24,000 bases of DNA. It comes from Streptomyces phage TunaTartare. The stretch lies in the sequence record MW822145.1. One strand, written 5' to 3'. The translations under genes and the position numbers were made by a program. The notes beneath the pieces were generated by a model, which was given only the letters and a program-made list of their open reading frames with translations, ran no database searches and was not told where the DNA came from. Below, one piece after another: positions 6,111 to 13,729 of the stretch; within the stretch, counting starts at the first letter, position 1, and every line of letters begins with the position of its first letter.

Positions 6111-7031
6111 ATGCTGTACATTGTTCTTGCGAGCATTCTTGTGCTTGGTATCGTTGGTTCCGGACTTGCTTGGGCCTTTGGCTCAACTGGTGGAACTGGT
6201 CGATACGGAGATGACCCGAATGTAAAGGCAATTGGTAAGTGGACTACGGTTGCACTTACTGTTGTTCTTCTGGCAGTTACGTTCTTCATGTCTCTGACTA
6301 CGGTTGGTGCACGAAGCGTTGGTATCCAGACTGCATTTGGTCGCTACCAGAATACTCTTGACAATGGTCTTCAGCTCACTGCTCCGTGGAGCAGCGTTGA
6401 GGAATTCTCCACGCAGGTTCAGTACCTTGACCTTGACAGCACTGATGGTTCTGACGATGCCGTAAGCGTTACCTTTAAGGGTGGCGGCGGTGGTACCGTC
6501 TCTCTGACTCCCCGTTGGAGCATCGATGAGAACAAGGCTGAGGACCTGTGGAAGAAGTACAAGACGTTTGACAAGGTTCAGAACCAGCTCGTGAATTCTT
6601 CTGCGAAGGATTCGGTTCGTGTGGTAGTGTCCAAGTACACTCCGAACGACGCTCGTGATGGTGAGAATCTGCGTCCGATTGCTGAGCAGATTCAGGCTGA
6701 CCTTTCTCAGTCTCTTGCTGATGATGGTGTGAAGATTGATTCCGTCAGCATCAAGAAGATTACGCTGGATGCTCGTTCTCAGGCTTCGCTTGACAAGATT
6801 GTTGAGGCTAACAACAACGTTGAGCGTGCAAAGGCTGAGCGTGAGCGTGCGAAGATTGACGCTGAGACTGCTAAGATTCGTGAGGAGTCTGGTCAGCTTT
6901 CCGAGAAGGCTGCACAGCGTTACTGCCTTGAGATGATGAACAACTGGGATGTAAAGAAGAACGGTGCTCTTCCGGCCGGTTTTGTTTGCCCTGGTACTAA
7001 TTCTTCTGGCTACGTGACTACGAACAAGTAA
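6111..7031 (+). CDS. SPFH/band-7 (prohibitin/stomatin-like) membrane protein
   Basis: Two N-terminal TM segments, VGARSVGIQTAFGRYQNTLDNGLQLTAPW, coiled region; RBS AAAGGA. Confidence 0.85.
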   Translation: MLYIVLASILVLGIVGSGLAWAFGSTGGTGRYGDDPNVKAIGKWTTVALTVVLLAVTFFMSLTTVGARSVGIQTAFGRYQNTLDNGLQLTAPWSSVEEFSTQVQYLDLDSTDGSDDAVSVTFKGGGGGTVSLTPRWSIDENKAEDLWKKYKTFDKVQNQLVNSSAKDSVRVVVSKYTPNDARDGENLRPIAEQIQADLSQSLADDGVKIDSVSIKKITLDARSQASLDKIVEANNNVERAKAERERAKIDAETAKIREESGQLSEKAAQRYCLEMMNNWDVKKNGALPAGFVCPGTNSSGYVTTNK

Positions 7032-7038
7032 TCACGAT

Positions 7039-7062
7039 GCAGGACGAAAGTCCTGCAAGCTT
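7039..7062 (+). promoter_or_regulatory. hairpin + AAGCTT element
   Basis: GCAGGAC-GAAA-GTCCTGC-AAGCTT. Confidence 0.65.
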
Positions 7063-7084
7063 AAATTCGACTAAGGAGCTGATT

Positions 7085-7384
7085 ATGGCTACTGGCAAGG
7101 AACGTGGTTTTAAGGATTGGAAGGGTTCTAAGGAATTCCGTCGCAGTGCGCGAAACTACACCGAATCTGACACAACTGGTAAGGCAAAGAAGAAGAATAC
7201 TCGCCGGTGGTGCAAGGGGGTTGTCGGACGCAATCACACCCTTGCTCTGTACAACAAGTACACTTGGACTCACAATTACAAGTGTTTGAAGTGTGGAAAG
7301 GAATTCTGGGGTCAGATTAACAAGGACCAGTTTGAATTTGTTGAAATGACCTGGGAGAAGGCAAGGGAACTTCTGGTCAACTAG
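7085..7384 (+). CDS. hypothetical protein with CxxC motif
   Basis: AAGGAG RBS; MATGKERGFKDWKG...YKCLKCGKEFWG. Confidence 0.7.
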   Translation: MATGKERGFKDWKGSKEFRRSARNYTESDTTGKAKKKNTRRWCKGVVGRNHTLALYNKYTWTHNYKCLKCGKEFWGQINKDQFEFVEMTWEKARELLVN

Positions 7385-7441
7385 TTGGACAACCAATCTA
7401 ATGCCATCAATAATGGAGATTGAATCCATTTGGAGAAACAA

Positions 7442-7624
7442 GTGATTAAATTTTATGCAATTGCCTGTGACCAGGCCGAGGCAATAAAGAATTGTGCTTC
7501 TGGTAAGTACACAAATCAGCCGTATTGGCCACAACACAACACTTTGGTACCTTATTTGAACAAGGCAAAGGAGGAGAACCCTGATTTGCCACTTAGAATC
7601 TTTGTAATCAAGGTTGGTGGATGA
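7442..7624 (+). CDS. hypothetical protein
   Basis: GTG at 7442 follows GGAG; track start is TTG 7430. Confidence 0.6.
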   Translation: MIKFYAIACDQAEAIKNCASGKYTNQPYWPQHNTLVPYLNKAKEENPDLPLRIFVIKVGG

Positions 7625-7875
7625 TGTCGAAGAGCAGAAGGAAGTTTCTTTGTCTGGACTGTGGTGTGGATACCGGCCGGATTGGTGAGCACTACATGCT
7701 CATAGATTCAGTCTGGCGCTTGACTGGTCTAGGCAAGATTGGTATGCTCTGTGTTGAACATGTAGAGACCAGAATTGAACGCAAGCTTCAGCCAACTGAC
7801 TTCAATGACTCGTACCTGAACAATACTCGAACGGGTATCATCAGCCAGAGGCTTGCAAACCGGATGGGTCTTTGA
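7621..7875 (+). CDS. hypothetical protein with zinc-binding-like Cys residues
   Basis: CLDCG...MLCVEHVETRIERKL. Confidence 0.65.
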   Translation: MMSKSRRKFLCLDCGVDTGRIGEHYMLIDSVWRLTGLGKIGMLCVEHVETRIERKLQPTDFNDSYLNNTRTGIISQRLANRMGL

Positions 7876-7891
7876 TAAAATAACTAAATAG

Positions 7892-7965
7892 GCTCGGGTA
7901 GCCCAACGGCAGGAGGCGCATCCTTGAGGTGGATGGCAGTGTGGGTTCGAATCCCATCCCGAGTA
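7892..7965 (+). tRNA. tRNA with Leu(GAG) anticodon but class-I architecture
   Basis: GCTCGGG/CCCGAGT, CATCC-TTGAGGT-GGATG, variable GCAGT, T arm GTGGG-TTCGAAT-CCCAT, A73. Confidence 0.8.
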
Positions 7966-7966
7966 C

Positions 7967-8155
7967 ATGACTCTTAGAGTAGGTCAACAAATTGTCGTTG
8001 CGCAGTTTGTAAAAAATGGAATTGAGCATTCTGGCCGAAGAGGATTCGTTGAAATTGTTCGGTCTAGAGGAAGAATTACAGTTCTGCTCTATAAGACAAA
8101 AACAATGCCGGAATGCACAATTGATATGAAAGAAAACAATGTGAGGAAGGCTTAA
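7967..8155 (+). CDS. hypothetical protein (62 aa)
   Basis: ATG one nt after the tRNA discriminator; MTLRVGQQIVVAQFVKNG. Confidence 0.6.
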   Translation: MTLRVGQQIVVAQFVKNGIEHSGRRGFVEIVRSRGRITVLLYKTKTMPECTIDMKENNVRKA

Positions 8156-8463
8156 TGAGCTTCAGTGTTTCTCGTGATATCTTCGGTATGGATTTTGAAG
8201 ACCCACTCCGGGATTTGATTGATAAGATTGATGACCAGATTATCGAGAAGTACCAGCTTGGCTGGGTTCATGATGAATTTGGTAGCGATTGGGATATCGA
8301 AAAGGCCAAGGAATACTACAATGAGCGTGGTATTCCATTCTTCATTCCAGAGCCAAGCAGCTATGACACCCTTTTGATTCTCTATAAGATGATTGAAAGT
8401 GGTGAAATAGAGTTTAATCCACGACGACCAAGGGGAGCGAAGCGTGGGACTGTTCAACCGTAG
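8155..8463 (+). CDS. hypothetical protein (102 aa)
   Basis: ORF, ATGA-type junction. Confidence 0.7.
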   Translation: MSFSVSRDIFGMDFEDPLRDLIDKIDDQIIEKYQLGWVHDEFGSDWDIEKAKEYYNERGIPFFIPEPSSYDTLLILYKMIESGEIEFNPRRPRGAKRGTVQP

Positions 8464-8614
8464 TGGTTACAAGAAAGGCCAGAAGGTCTATGTTGTTGCC
8501 AGGGCTGAGTATGGTAGGATTGAGAAAATCAATCGAGACGGACTAATCAAGGTCCGGGGGTTTAAGTCTGGCGAAATGTTTGTTCGTTCGGGAGATATTC
8601 GGCCGGGTGATTGA
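8444..8614 (+). CDS. hypothetical 56-aa basic protein, GTG start
   Basis: AGGGGAG RBS; MGLFNRSGYKKGQKVYVVARAEYGRIEKINRDGLIKVRGF...; below track cutoff. Confidence 0.6.
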   Translation: MGLFNRSGYKKGQKVYVVARAEYGRIEKINRDGLIKVRGFKSGEMFVRSGDIRPGD

Positions 8615-8632
8615 TAAAGCCCTTCGGGGCAT

Positions 8633-8720
8633 GGAAGGACAAGCCAATTGGAGATGGCACCTCACTGCTAATGAGACGAGTCCGTAAAGGGCCTTGCGAG
8701 TTCGACTCTCGTTCCTTCCG
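8633..8720 (+). tRNA. tRNA-Ser(GCT)
   Basis: GGAAGGA/TCCTTCC, CTCA-CTGCTAA-TGAG, long variable arm, T arm GCGAG-TTCGACT-CTCGT, G73. Confidence 0.9.
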
Positions 8721-8723
8721 CGT

Positions 8724-8729
8724 TATAAT
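8724..8729 (+). promoter_or_regulatory. -10 element of a leaderless promoter
   Basis: TATAAT 6 nt before ATG 8736; the -35 position at 17-bp spacing (TTCGAC) is poor and lies in the tRNA-Ser T loop. Confidence 0.55.
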
Positions 8730-8735
8730 GGGTGT

Positions 8736-9050
8736 ATGGAAATTAACAGACACCGACGAGAGGGGAGCTTTATCAGGCGTCACAGTCTGTCACTAGCTCT
8801 CCTTTTTGTATTCTTGCTTCAATCAGCCATTGTGTGGTACAGTGGATATTCTGATTGGAAGCAAGACCAGATTACACATAAGCAGGAAACAAGCATTTGG
8901 CCAGGATTTGTAATTTACTATGTCTACCAAATGTCAGTCAGCATTGTAGCTGATACTTATGGGGCTCTTCTTCTAGTTCTGTTTGCTAAGTGGTTCTATG
9001 AAAAAGGTAGCCCGGAATCGAATGATGATGATGAAAATTCTAAGGCGTAA
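8736..9050 (+). CDS. small membrane protein
   Basis: MEINRHRREGSFIRRHSLSLALLFVFLLQSAIVWY...; two hydrophobic segments. Confidence 0.7.
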   Translation: MEINRHRREGSFIRRHSLSLALLFVFLLQSAIVWYSGYSDWKQDQITHKQETSIWPGFVIYYVYQMSVSIVADTYGALLLVLFAKWFYEKGSPESNDDDENSKA

Positions 9051-9195
9051 GTGGAAGTTCAAGGAAAAGAATTGTCCTCACGCAAAAGACAGGATTCGGA
9101 ATATTTATGGTGATGAAATCAGATATGCCAGATATAATCGGTCTACCTGTATGGATTGCGGAAAGTTCTTTCCCAAGTTGAACGGAGAATCGTAA
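8998..9195 (+). CDS. hypothetical basic protein with CxxC; start uncertain
   Basis: ends ...STCMDCGKFFPKLNGES; TAATG junction with ligase. Confidence 0.55.
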   Translation: MKKVARNRMMMMKILRRKWKFKEKNCPHAKDRIRNIYGDEIRYARYNRSTCMDCGKFFPKLNGES

Positions 9196-10244
9196 TGACG
9201 CATGTTTCAGCCATTTTCTCTGTAGAGGATTTGGAGAAGGCAATTGAAGATGGATGGGTTCGTTTTCAGGTCAATGAGGACAACACCCTTTCTATCTATA
9301 ACTACACAGAGACAGCGCAGTACCGTCGATACTGGACGGATGTGACGCTGAATTGCCGGGGTTTGATTCTCGACAATGACATGAACATTGTTGCTCGTCC
9401 ATGGAAGAAGTTCTTCAACTATGGTGAGCGTCCTCTTCTGTTCTCAACTGATGACCCTGTTGAGGTTACAGACAAAAAGGACGGTTCATTGGGCATTCTT
9501 TACCGACACCCTATGACTGGTGATTGGAAGATTGCTACTCGCGGGTCTTTCCTTTCGGAGCAGGCCCTTCATGCAACTGAGCTGTACAACAACAAGTATT
9601 CTCACATTGTAATGCCAACAGAAGGACTAACCTGTCTATTTGAGATTGTGTATCCTGGCAACAGAATTGTCCTGGATTATGGTGAGATGGATGACCTTAT
9701 CCTTCTTGGCTCGGTTCAGAACAAGTACGGTTGGTATTACGGTCCAAACGAGACTGCTGGGATGATTAACTGGACGGGTCCGGTCACGGAGGTGTTTGAG
9801 TATCGGACTCTGAACGATGCGTTTGCTGACTACCGGTCAAATGCTGAGGGTCTGGTAATTCGGGCGGGTAGCGAGATGGTCAAGTTGAAGCAGGCGGATT
9901 ACGTAGCGCTTCACAAATTGGTCACTGGCCTGAACGAGCGGGCTGTGTGGGAGAGGTTGCGAGCAGGCGAGACACGTGATAGCATCTGTGCATCGCTTCC
10001 AGACGAGTTCCACGGATTTGTTGATGAGGTGGCTGACAGACTGGAGAAGGAGTTCCAGAAGATTTACTTGACTGCGCATCAGGATTACTGTAAGGTACTC
10101 AACATGATGCCAGCAAAGTACACGCGCAAAGACTTTGCTCTTCAGGCTGTAAAGTGCAAGAACAACTCGCTATTGTTCAGCTTCTTGGACAATCGCTCAG
10201 TTCGTGATACAATCTGGGATATGATTCGGCCAAGGGGCGAGTAA
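9195..10244 (+). CDS. T4 Rnl1-like RNA ligase
   Basis: KKDGSLG (KxDGS nucleotidyl-transfer motif I), NCRGLIL, EGLVIR, VKLK; GGAGAA RBS. Confidence 0.85.
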   Translation: MTHVSAIFSVEDLEKAIEDGWVRFQVNEDNTLSIYNYTETAQYRRYWTDVTLNCRGLILDNDMNIVARPWKKFFNYGERPLLFSTDDPVEVTDKKDGSLGILYRHPMTGDWKIATRGSFLSEQALHATELYNNKYSHIVMPTEGLTCLFEIVYPGNRIVLDYGEMDDLILLGSVQNKYGWYYGPNETAGMINWTGPVTEVFEYRTLNDAFADYRSNAEGLVIRAGSEMVKLKQADYVALHKLVTGLNERAVWERLRAGETRDSICASLPDEFHGFVDEVADRLEKEFQKIYLTAHQDYCKVLNMMPAKYTRKDFALQAVKCKNNSLLFSFLDNRSVRDTIWDMIRPRGE

Positions 10245-10246
10245 AT

Positions 10247-10363
10247 GTGGGTCATGCCCCCGGTTTTCTGATTCTTGGAATTGCCGGGGGGTTTTGGGTC
10301 AACTTTTCTTTTTGGCTTGGCTTACTCATATGGTGTGTGGTAGGTTGGGTTAGGTCAAGTTGA
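10247..10363 (+). CDS. 38-aa single-TM protein, GTG start
   Basis: MGHAPGFLILGIAGGFWVNFSFWLGLLIWCVVGWVRSS; AAGGGG upstream. Confidence 0.55.
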   Translation: MGHAPGFLILGIAGGFWVNFSFWLGLLIWCVVGWVRSS

Positions 10364-10368
10364 CCAGT

Positions 10369-10389
10369 GCGGGCTAAGCCCGCAAGCTT
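10369..10389 (+). promoter_or_regulatory. hairpin + AAGCTT element
   Basis: GCGGGC-TAA-GCCCGC-AAGCTT. Confidence 0.65.
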
Positions 10390-10412
10390 TAATTGTCAAC
10401 AAGGAGGAAACT

Positions 10413-10532
10413 ATGGGCATCGATGACCTTCACAAGCCGAGCTGGCTTGGCAGATGGCAGATTCATAGAATTAATAAGAAGCATGCCAAGGAGCAGGCGA
10501 AGAAGGCTGAAAAGCAAAAGGAAGCCAAGTGA
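10413..10532 (+). CDS. 39-aa Lys-rich protein
   Basis: AAGGAGG RBS; MGIDDLHKPSWLGRWQIHRINKKHAKEQAKKAEKQKEAK. Confidence 0.65.
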   Translation: MGIDDLHKPSWLGRWQIHRINKKHAKEQAKKAEKQKEAK

Positions 10533-10804
10533 ATGACCTAGATTATGAAAAGATGATTGGTGGATATAACAAACTTCGTGAACAATGTCTTGAGCTAGCT
10601 AAGCGAGACAACGGGAAGCTTATGGGTCCTGATGCTTGGCTGTGCTATGCCATTCTAGAAACCGATATCACTCTTTATTTTTATGAAGATGGCATTGAAT
10701 GCAGTGGAATGGCATATACTTCTCAGACAATGTGTTCCGAGCCATTCAATTTTAAGATTCCTATGGAACTTATCAAGGAGAATAATGCTGGAACTGGTGA
10801 TTAA
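10529..10804 (+). CDS. hypothetical protein (91 aa), GTG start
   Basis: overlapping GTGA junction. Confidence 0.65.
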   Translation: MNDLDYEKMIGGYNKLREQCLELAKRDNGKLMGPDAWLCYAILETDITLYFYEDGIECSGMAYTSQTMCSEPFNFKIPMELIKENNAGTGD

Positions 10805-11663
10805 CCGGGGTGTTCCTGGGAGTGGCAAGTCTACATTTGCTTATTCATGGGTAAACGCCCTTCCGAATCGAGTCCGGAGCAACCGGGATGACATTCGGTT
10901 CCAAGGATATGGAGTGTTTTTCGGACCTCCAATTGATGAAGACACAGTTACAAAAATTCAGCATGCTGGAATTCGGGCTGCACTTTCTGCCGGGGTTTCT
11001 GTAATTGTTGATGATTGTAACATTGAGCGTAAGTACATCAATGCTCTTGCCCTGATTGGGTATGAGTATGGAGCACATGTATCAATTAACCTGCTTGATG
11101 TTCCTGTTGAGGTAGCCCTTGAGCGGAATTCCAAGCGGGAGCGGGTTGTTCCAGATAAGGTAATCCGGGCAATGCATTCTCGACTTCAGAGTCTTAAGGA
11201 TGTTGAGCTGCCGGAGAAGCCAGTATTCAATAAGTACAATCCGTATACAAAGAATCCAGAAGCAATTCTGGTGGATATCGATGGAACTGTCGCTCGAATG
11301 ACTAAGAGGGGTCCATTTGACTGGATGAAGGTTGGTCTTGACGAACCTGTCGAGCGGGTTATTGAGGCTGTAAATCTTTATTGGAGTGCTGGTAAGAAGA
11401 TTGTTGTCATGTCGGGTCGTGACTCTGTTTGCCGAGAGCAGACGATTGAATGGCTTGACAAGCACGAGGTTCCATGGGATGCTCTGTTCATGCGGACTGA
11501 GGGTGACATGCGAAAGGATAATATCGTCAAGCACGAATTGTTCTGGGCACATGTTGCATCTTTCTACAATGTACAGCTAGTCTTGGATGACCGGGACCAA
11601 GTTGTTAAAATGTGGCGGGATATCGGTCTGACCGTTTTCCAAGTAGCACCAGGAGCGTTTTAA
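10785..11663 (+). CDS. polynucleotide kinase/phosphatase (T4 PseT/Pnkp-like)
   Basis: P-loop GVPGSGKST; HAD phosphatase motif DIDGT; ATG 10785 with AAGGAG RBS. Confidence 0.88.
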   Translation: MLELVINRGVPGSGKSTFAYSWVNALPNRVRSNRDDIRFQGYGVFFGPPIDEDTVTKIQHAGIRAALSAGVSVIVDDCNIERKYINALALIGYEYGAHVSINLLDVPVEVALERNSKRERVVPDKVIRAMHSRLQSLKDVELPEKPVFNKYNPYTKNPEAILVDIDGTVARMTKRGPFDWMKVGLDEPVERVIEAVNLYWSAGKKIVVMSGRDSVCREQTIEWLDKHEVPWDALFMRTEGDMRKDNIVKHELFWAHVASFYNVQLVLDDRDQVVKMWRDIGLTVFQVAPGAF

Positions 11664-11869
11664 TGGAACTTATCGGAGCACTATTCGTCACAATCATCTG
11701 TGCAATTGCTATCATCTGGCTCATCGGAATGCCTTGGCTTGCCATGGGCTTTGCTGGTCCATCTGTAGGTAATTGGGCTTGGATGATTGCTGGTCTTTCA
11801 ATTGCCACTCTAGTAGCACTAGGATGGTGGCATTTCGTCGGAACCAAGATTCATTTTGGATTCGGATGA
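11663..11869 (+). CDS. small membrane protein
   Basis: MELIGALFVTIICAIAIIWLIGMPWLAMGFA...; TAATG junction. Confidence 0.7.
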   Translation: MELIGALFVTIICAIAIIWLIGMPWLAMGFAGPSVGNWAWMIAGLSIATLVALGWWHFVGTKIHFGFG

Positions 11870-12213
11870 GAGTAAGCAGAAAGAAGCCAAGAAATCCACT
11901 TGAGCTTCCTTGGTGGGCAATCAAGGGGCTTGAGTGGCTGATTGGTCAGGCAGAAGATTATGTCAGTCTTGACGATATTCTCATCAAGGCATGGACAAAG
12001 GAATCTGAGGATGAAGTTTATATCGAATTCCTTTGGCCTGGTGGTAGACAGAGTGTAGTGGCAATTAGCAAAGACACTCCTAGAGACTCTGACCCTGCAA
12101 GTTGCCCGTATTTTCGCGGGGTTGGCAAATGCGATTCAGGATGCTATACTGAACCAAGTTGCCAAACAGACCGACCTGAGTTTGGTTGGCCATCAGAGAG
12201 GTACAAGTTTTGA
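11866..12213 (+). CDS. hypothetical protein (115 aa)
   Basis: ATGA junction at 11866 rather than 11773. Confidence 0.65.
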   Translation: MRVSRKKPRNPLELPWWAIKGLEWLIGQAEDYVSLDDILIKAWTKESEDEVYIEFLWPGGRQSVVAISKDTPRDSDPASCPYFRGVGKCDSGCYTEPSCQTDRPEFGWPSERYKF

Positions 12214-12422
12214 AGCAATATCCAAGTCCAGACAACTTTATTGATATTGTTGTCACTCAGCATGACGATGACTTTACCAAGTGGCGGGTTGTTGGTGTCA
12301 ATGTAGACTGGGACGCTGTTAAGCAACTAGATATTGAGACAGAATTTCCCAACAAGGCACTTGCGGAAGCCTTCGTCAGAGGGTATACTGATAAGTACGT
12401 CAGAAGGAACTACTTCGACTGA
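12210..12422 (+). CDS. hypothetical protein, TTG start (alternative 12186)
   Basis: GAGAGG RBS; MKQYPSPDNFIDIVVTQHDDDFTKW. Confidence 0.55.
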   Translation: MKQYPSPDNFIDIVVTQHDDDFTKWRVVGVNVDWDAVKQLDIETEFPNKALAEAFVRGYTDKYVRRNYFD

Positions 12423-12428
12423 CGTGTT

Positions 12429-12448
12429 GCGGCCTCGGCCGCAAGCTT
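12429..12448 (+). promoter_or_regulatory. hairpin + AAGCTT element
   Basis: GCGGC-CTCG-GCCGC-AAGCTT. Confidence 0.65.
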
Positions 12449-12488
12449 GACAGACCACTACAAAGTCTGTTATGATTGATAACATCGA

Positions 12489-12572
12489 GCGGGTGTGGCG
12501 GAACTAGGCAGACGCGATAGGTTTAGGTCCTATTGTCCTTGTGGCGTGCAGGTTCGATTCCTGTCACCCGTA
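12489..12572 (+). tRNA. tRNA-Leu(TAG)
   Basis: GCGGGTG/CACCCGT, ATAGG-TTTAGGT-CCTAT, long variable arm, TTCGATT, A73. Confidence 0.9.
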
Positions 12573-12587
12573 CAGCGCGGTGGTGTA

Positions 12588-12733
12588 AGTACATAAATGA
12601 TGGTCAAAGTAAGCTGGATGGCGGCAACCTGATGGCATGAAATGGCCATCTATCATTATGTAAGCCATATTGCCGTATGGCAAGCACGTTGGACTGATAA
12701 TCCAAAGGTGGGGTATCAAATCCCCCCAAGCTT
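12588..12733 (+). ncRNA. structured RNA / degenerate tRNA-Ile(GAT)-like element ending in hairpin + AAGCTT
   Basis: TACATAA(A)TGAT/ATCATTATGTA; TTGGA-CTGATAA-TCCAA; GGGG-TATCAAAT-CCCC then AAGCTT (12728-12733). Confidence 0.35.
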
Positions 12734-12758
12734 CTAGCTTAACAAGGAGGAAAACTCA

Positions 12759-12929
12759 ATGGCGAAGTTTAGCATTGGTAAGACTGTTAAGACTGCTGAT
12801 GGTCACACTGGTAAGGTTATTCAGACTGACAGTGCTCGAAAGAAGGTTGCAGTAGAAATTACTGAGCCTGGTACTCCGGGTACTAAGGTCGGAGATGAGC
12901 GAGTTTATAACGAGAAGGACCTGAAGTAA
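12759..12929 (+). CDS. 56-aa protein
   Basis: AAGGAGG RBS; MAKFSIGKTVKTADGHTGKVIQTDSARKKVAVEITEPGTPGTKVGDERVYNEKDLK. Confidence 0.7.
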   Translation: MAKFSIGKTVKTADGHTGKVIQTDSARKKVAVEITEPGTPGTKVGDERVYNEKDLK

Positions 12930-12934
12930 AAAAG

Positions 12935-12955
12935 TGGCGGGAAACCGCCAAGCTT
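12935..12955 (+). promoter_or_regulatory. hairpin + AAGCTT element
   Basis: TGGCGG-GAAA-CCGCCA, then AGCTT. Confidence 0.65.
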
Positions 12956-12969
12956 AGGAGGTTAAATAA

Positions 12970-13158
12970 ATGGCTAGACCAAGAATTAACCGTCCTGTAG
13001 TTGTAAAGAAGCCTAAATTTACAATAACCAAACAGTACAAGGGACAGGGCGGAATTGTAGAAGAGGTAGTCACAGAAGATTCAGAGACTTATTACAAGGT
13101 AAGAATGAACGACAAGAGATTGATTACCTTTGAAGAGTCTGAGCTGGAGGGTCACTGA
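12970..13158 (+). CDS. hypothetical protein (62 aa)
   Basis: TTAGGAGG RBS. Confidence 0.7.
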   Translation: MARPRINRPVVVKKPKFTITKQYKGQGGIVEEVVTEDSETYYKVRMNDKRLITFEESELEGH

Positions 13159-13346
13159 TGAGACTCCCACATTATATAAACAGAAAATCTTGGTCACAGG
13201 GTGACCGAGTGGTTGTTGCCGTTGGACAACACAAGGGCAAGCATGGTACAGTAAACCTGTACGCAACCAAACACAACTATCTTGTCCTACTTGATGGAGA
13301 AGATAGACCAAGACAATTTCACAAGGGTGCACTTGACCCAGAGTAA
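13158..13346 (+). CDS. KOW-like small protein
   Basis: GDRVVVAVGQHKGKHGTVNLY resembles KOW. Confidence 0.65.
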   Translation: MRLPHYINRKSWSQGDRVVVAVGQHKGKHGTVNLYATKHNYLVLLDGEDRPRQFHKGALDPE

Positions 13347-13360
13347 GGGGATTAGATACA

Positions 13361-13534
13361 ATGGGTAGAGGCGGAAGCAGTCCAGTACCACCACCAGCAA
13401 AGTATGCGGTGTATTGCGACCCTCAGAAGAAGCCGGGCGTTAAGCACGCTCCGACAACTCGTGAGGGCAAGGACACAAATGGTACGCCTATCAAGTACAA
13501 GGTTTGTACTCGATGCAACAAGACGCTAAAGTAA
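13361..13534 (+). CDS. 57-aa Cys-containing protein
   Basis: MGRGGSSPVPPPAKYAVYCDPQKKPGVKHAPTTREGKD...CTRCNKTLK. Confidence 0.6.
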   Translation: MGRGGSSPVPPPAKYAVYCDPQKKPGVKHAPTTREGKDTNGTPIKYKVCTRCNKTLK

Positions 13535-13555
13535 GCGTCAGCCCTTCGGGGCAAT

Positions 13556-13627
13556 GCCGGTTTAGCTCAGCGGGAGAGCGTCTGCCTTACAAGCAGAGGG
13601 CCGGGGGTTCGACTCCCTCAACCGGTA
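13556..13627 (+). tRNA. tRNA-Val(TAC)
   Basis: GCCGGTT/AACCGGT, GCTC/GAGC, loop CTTACAA, T loop TTCGACT, A73. Confidence 0.93.
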
Positions 13628-13631
13628 CTTT

Positions 13632-13705
13632 GGCCACGTAGTCCAATGGCAGGAGACAGCAGATTCAAAACCTGTACAGTGTGAGTTCGAGTCTCACCGT
13701 GGCTA
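13632..13705 (+). tRNA. tRNA with Leu(CAA) anticodon but class-I architecture
   Basis: GGCCACG/CGTGGCT, loop TTCAAAA with 31-39 A.C mismatch, variable ACAGT, T arm GTGAG-TTCGAGT-CTCAC. Confidence 0.75.
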
Positions 13706-13729
13706 CTTCCCGAAACAAAAAGGAGAATC

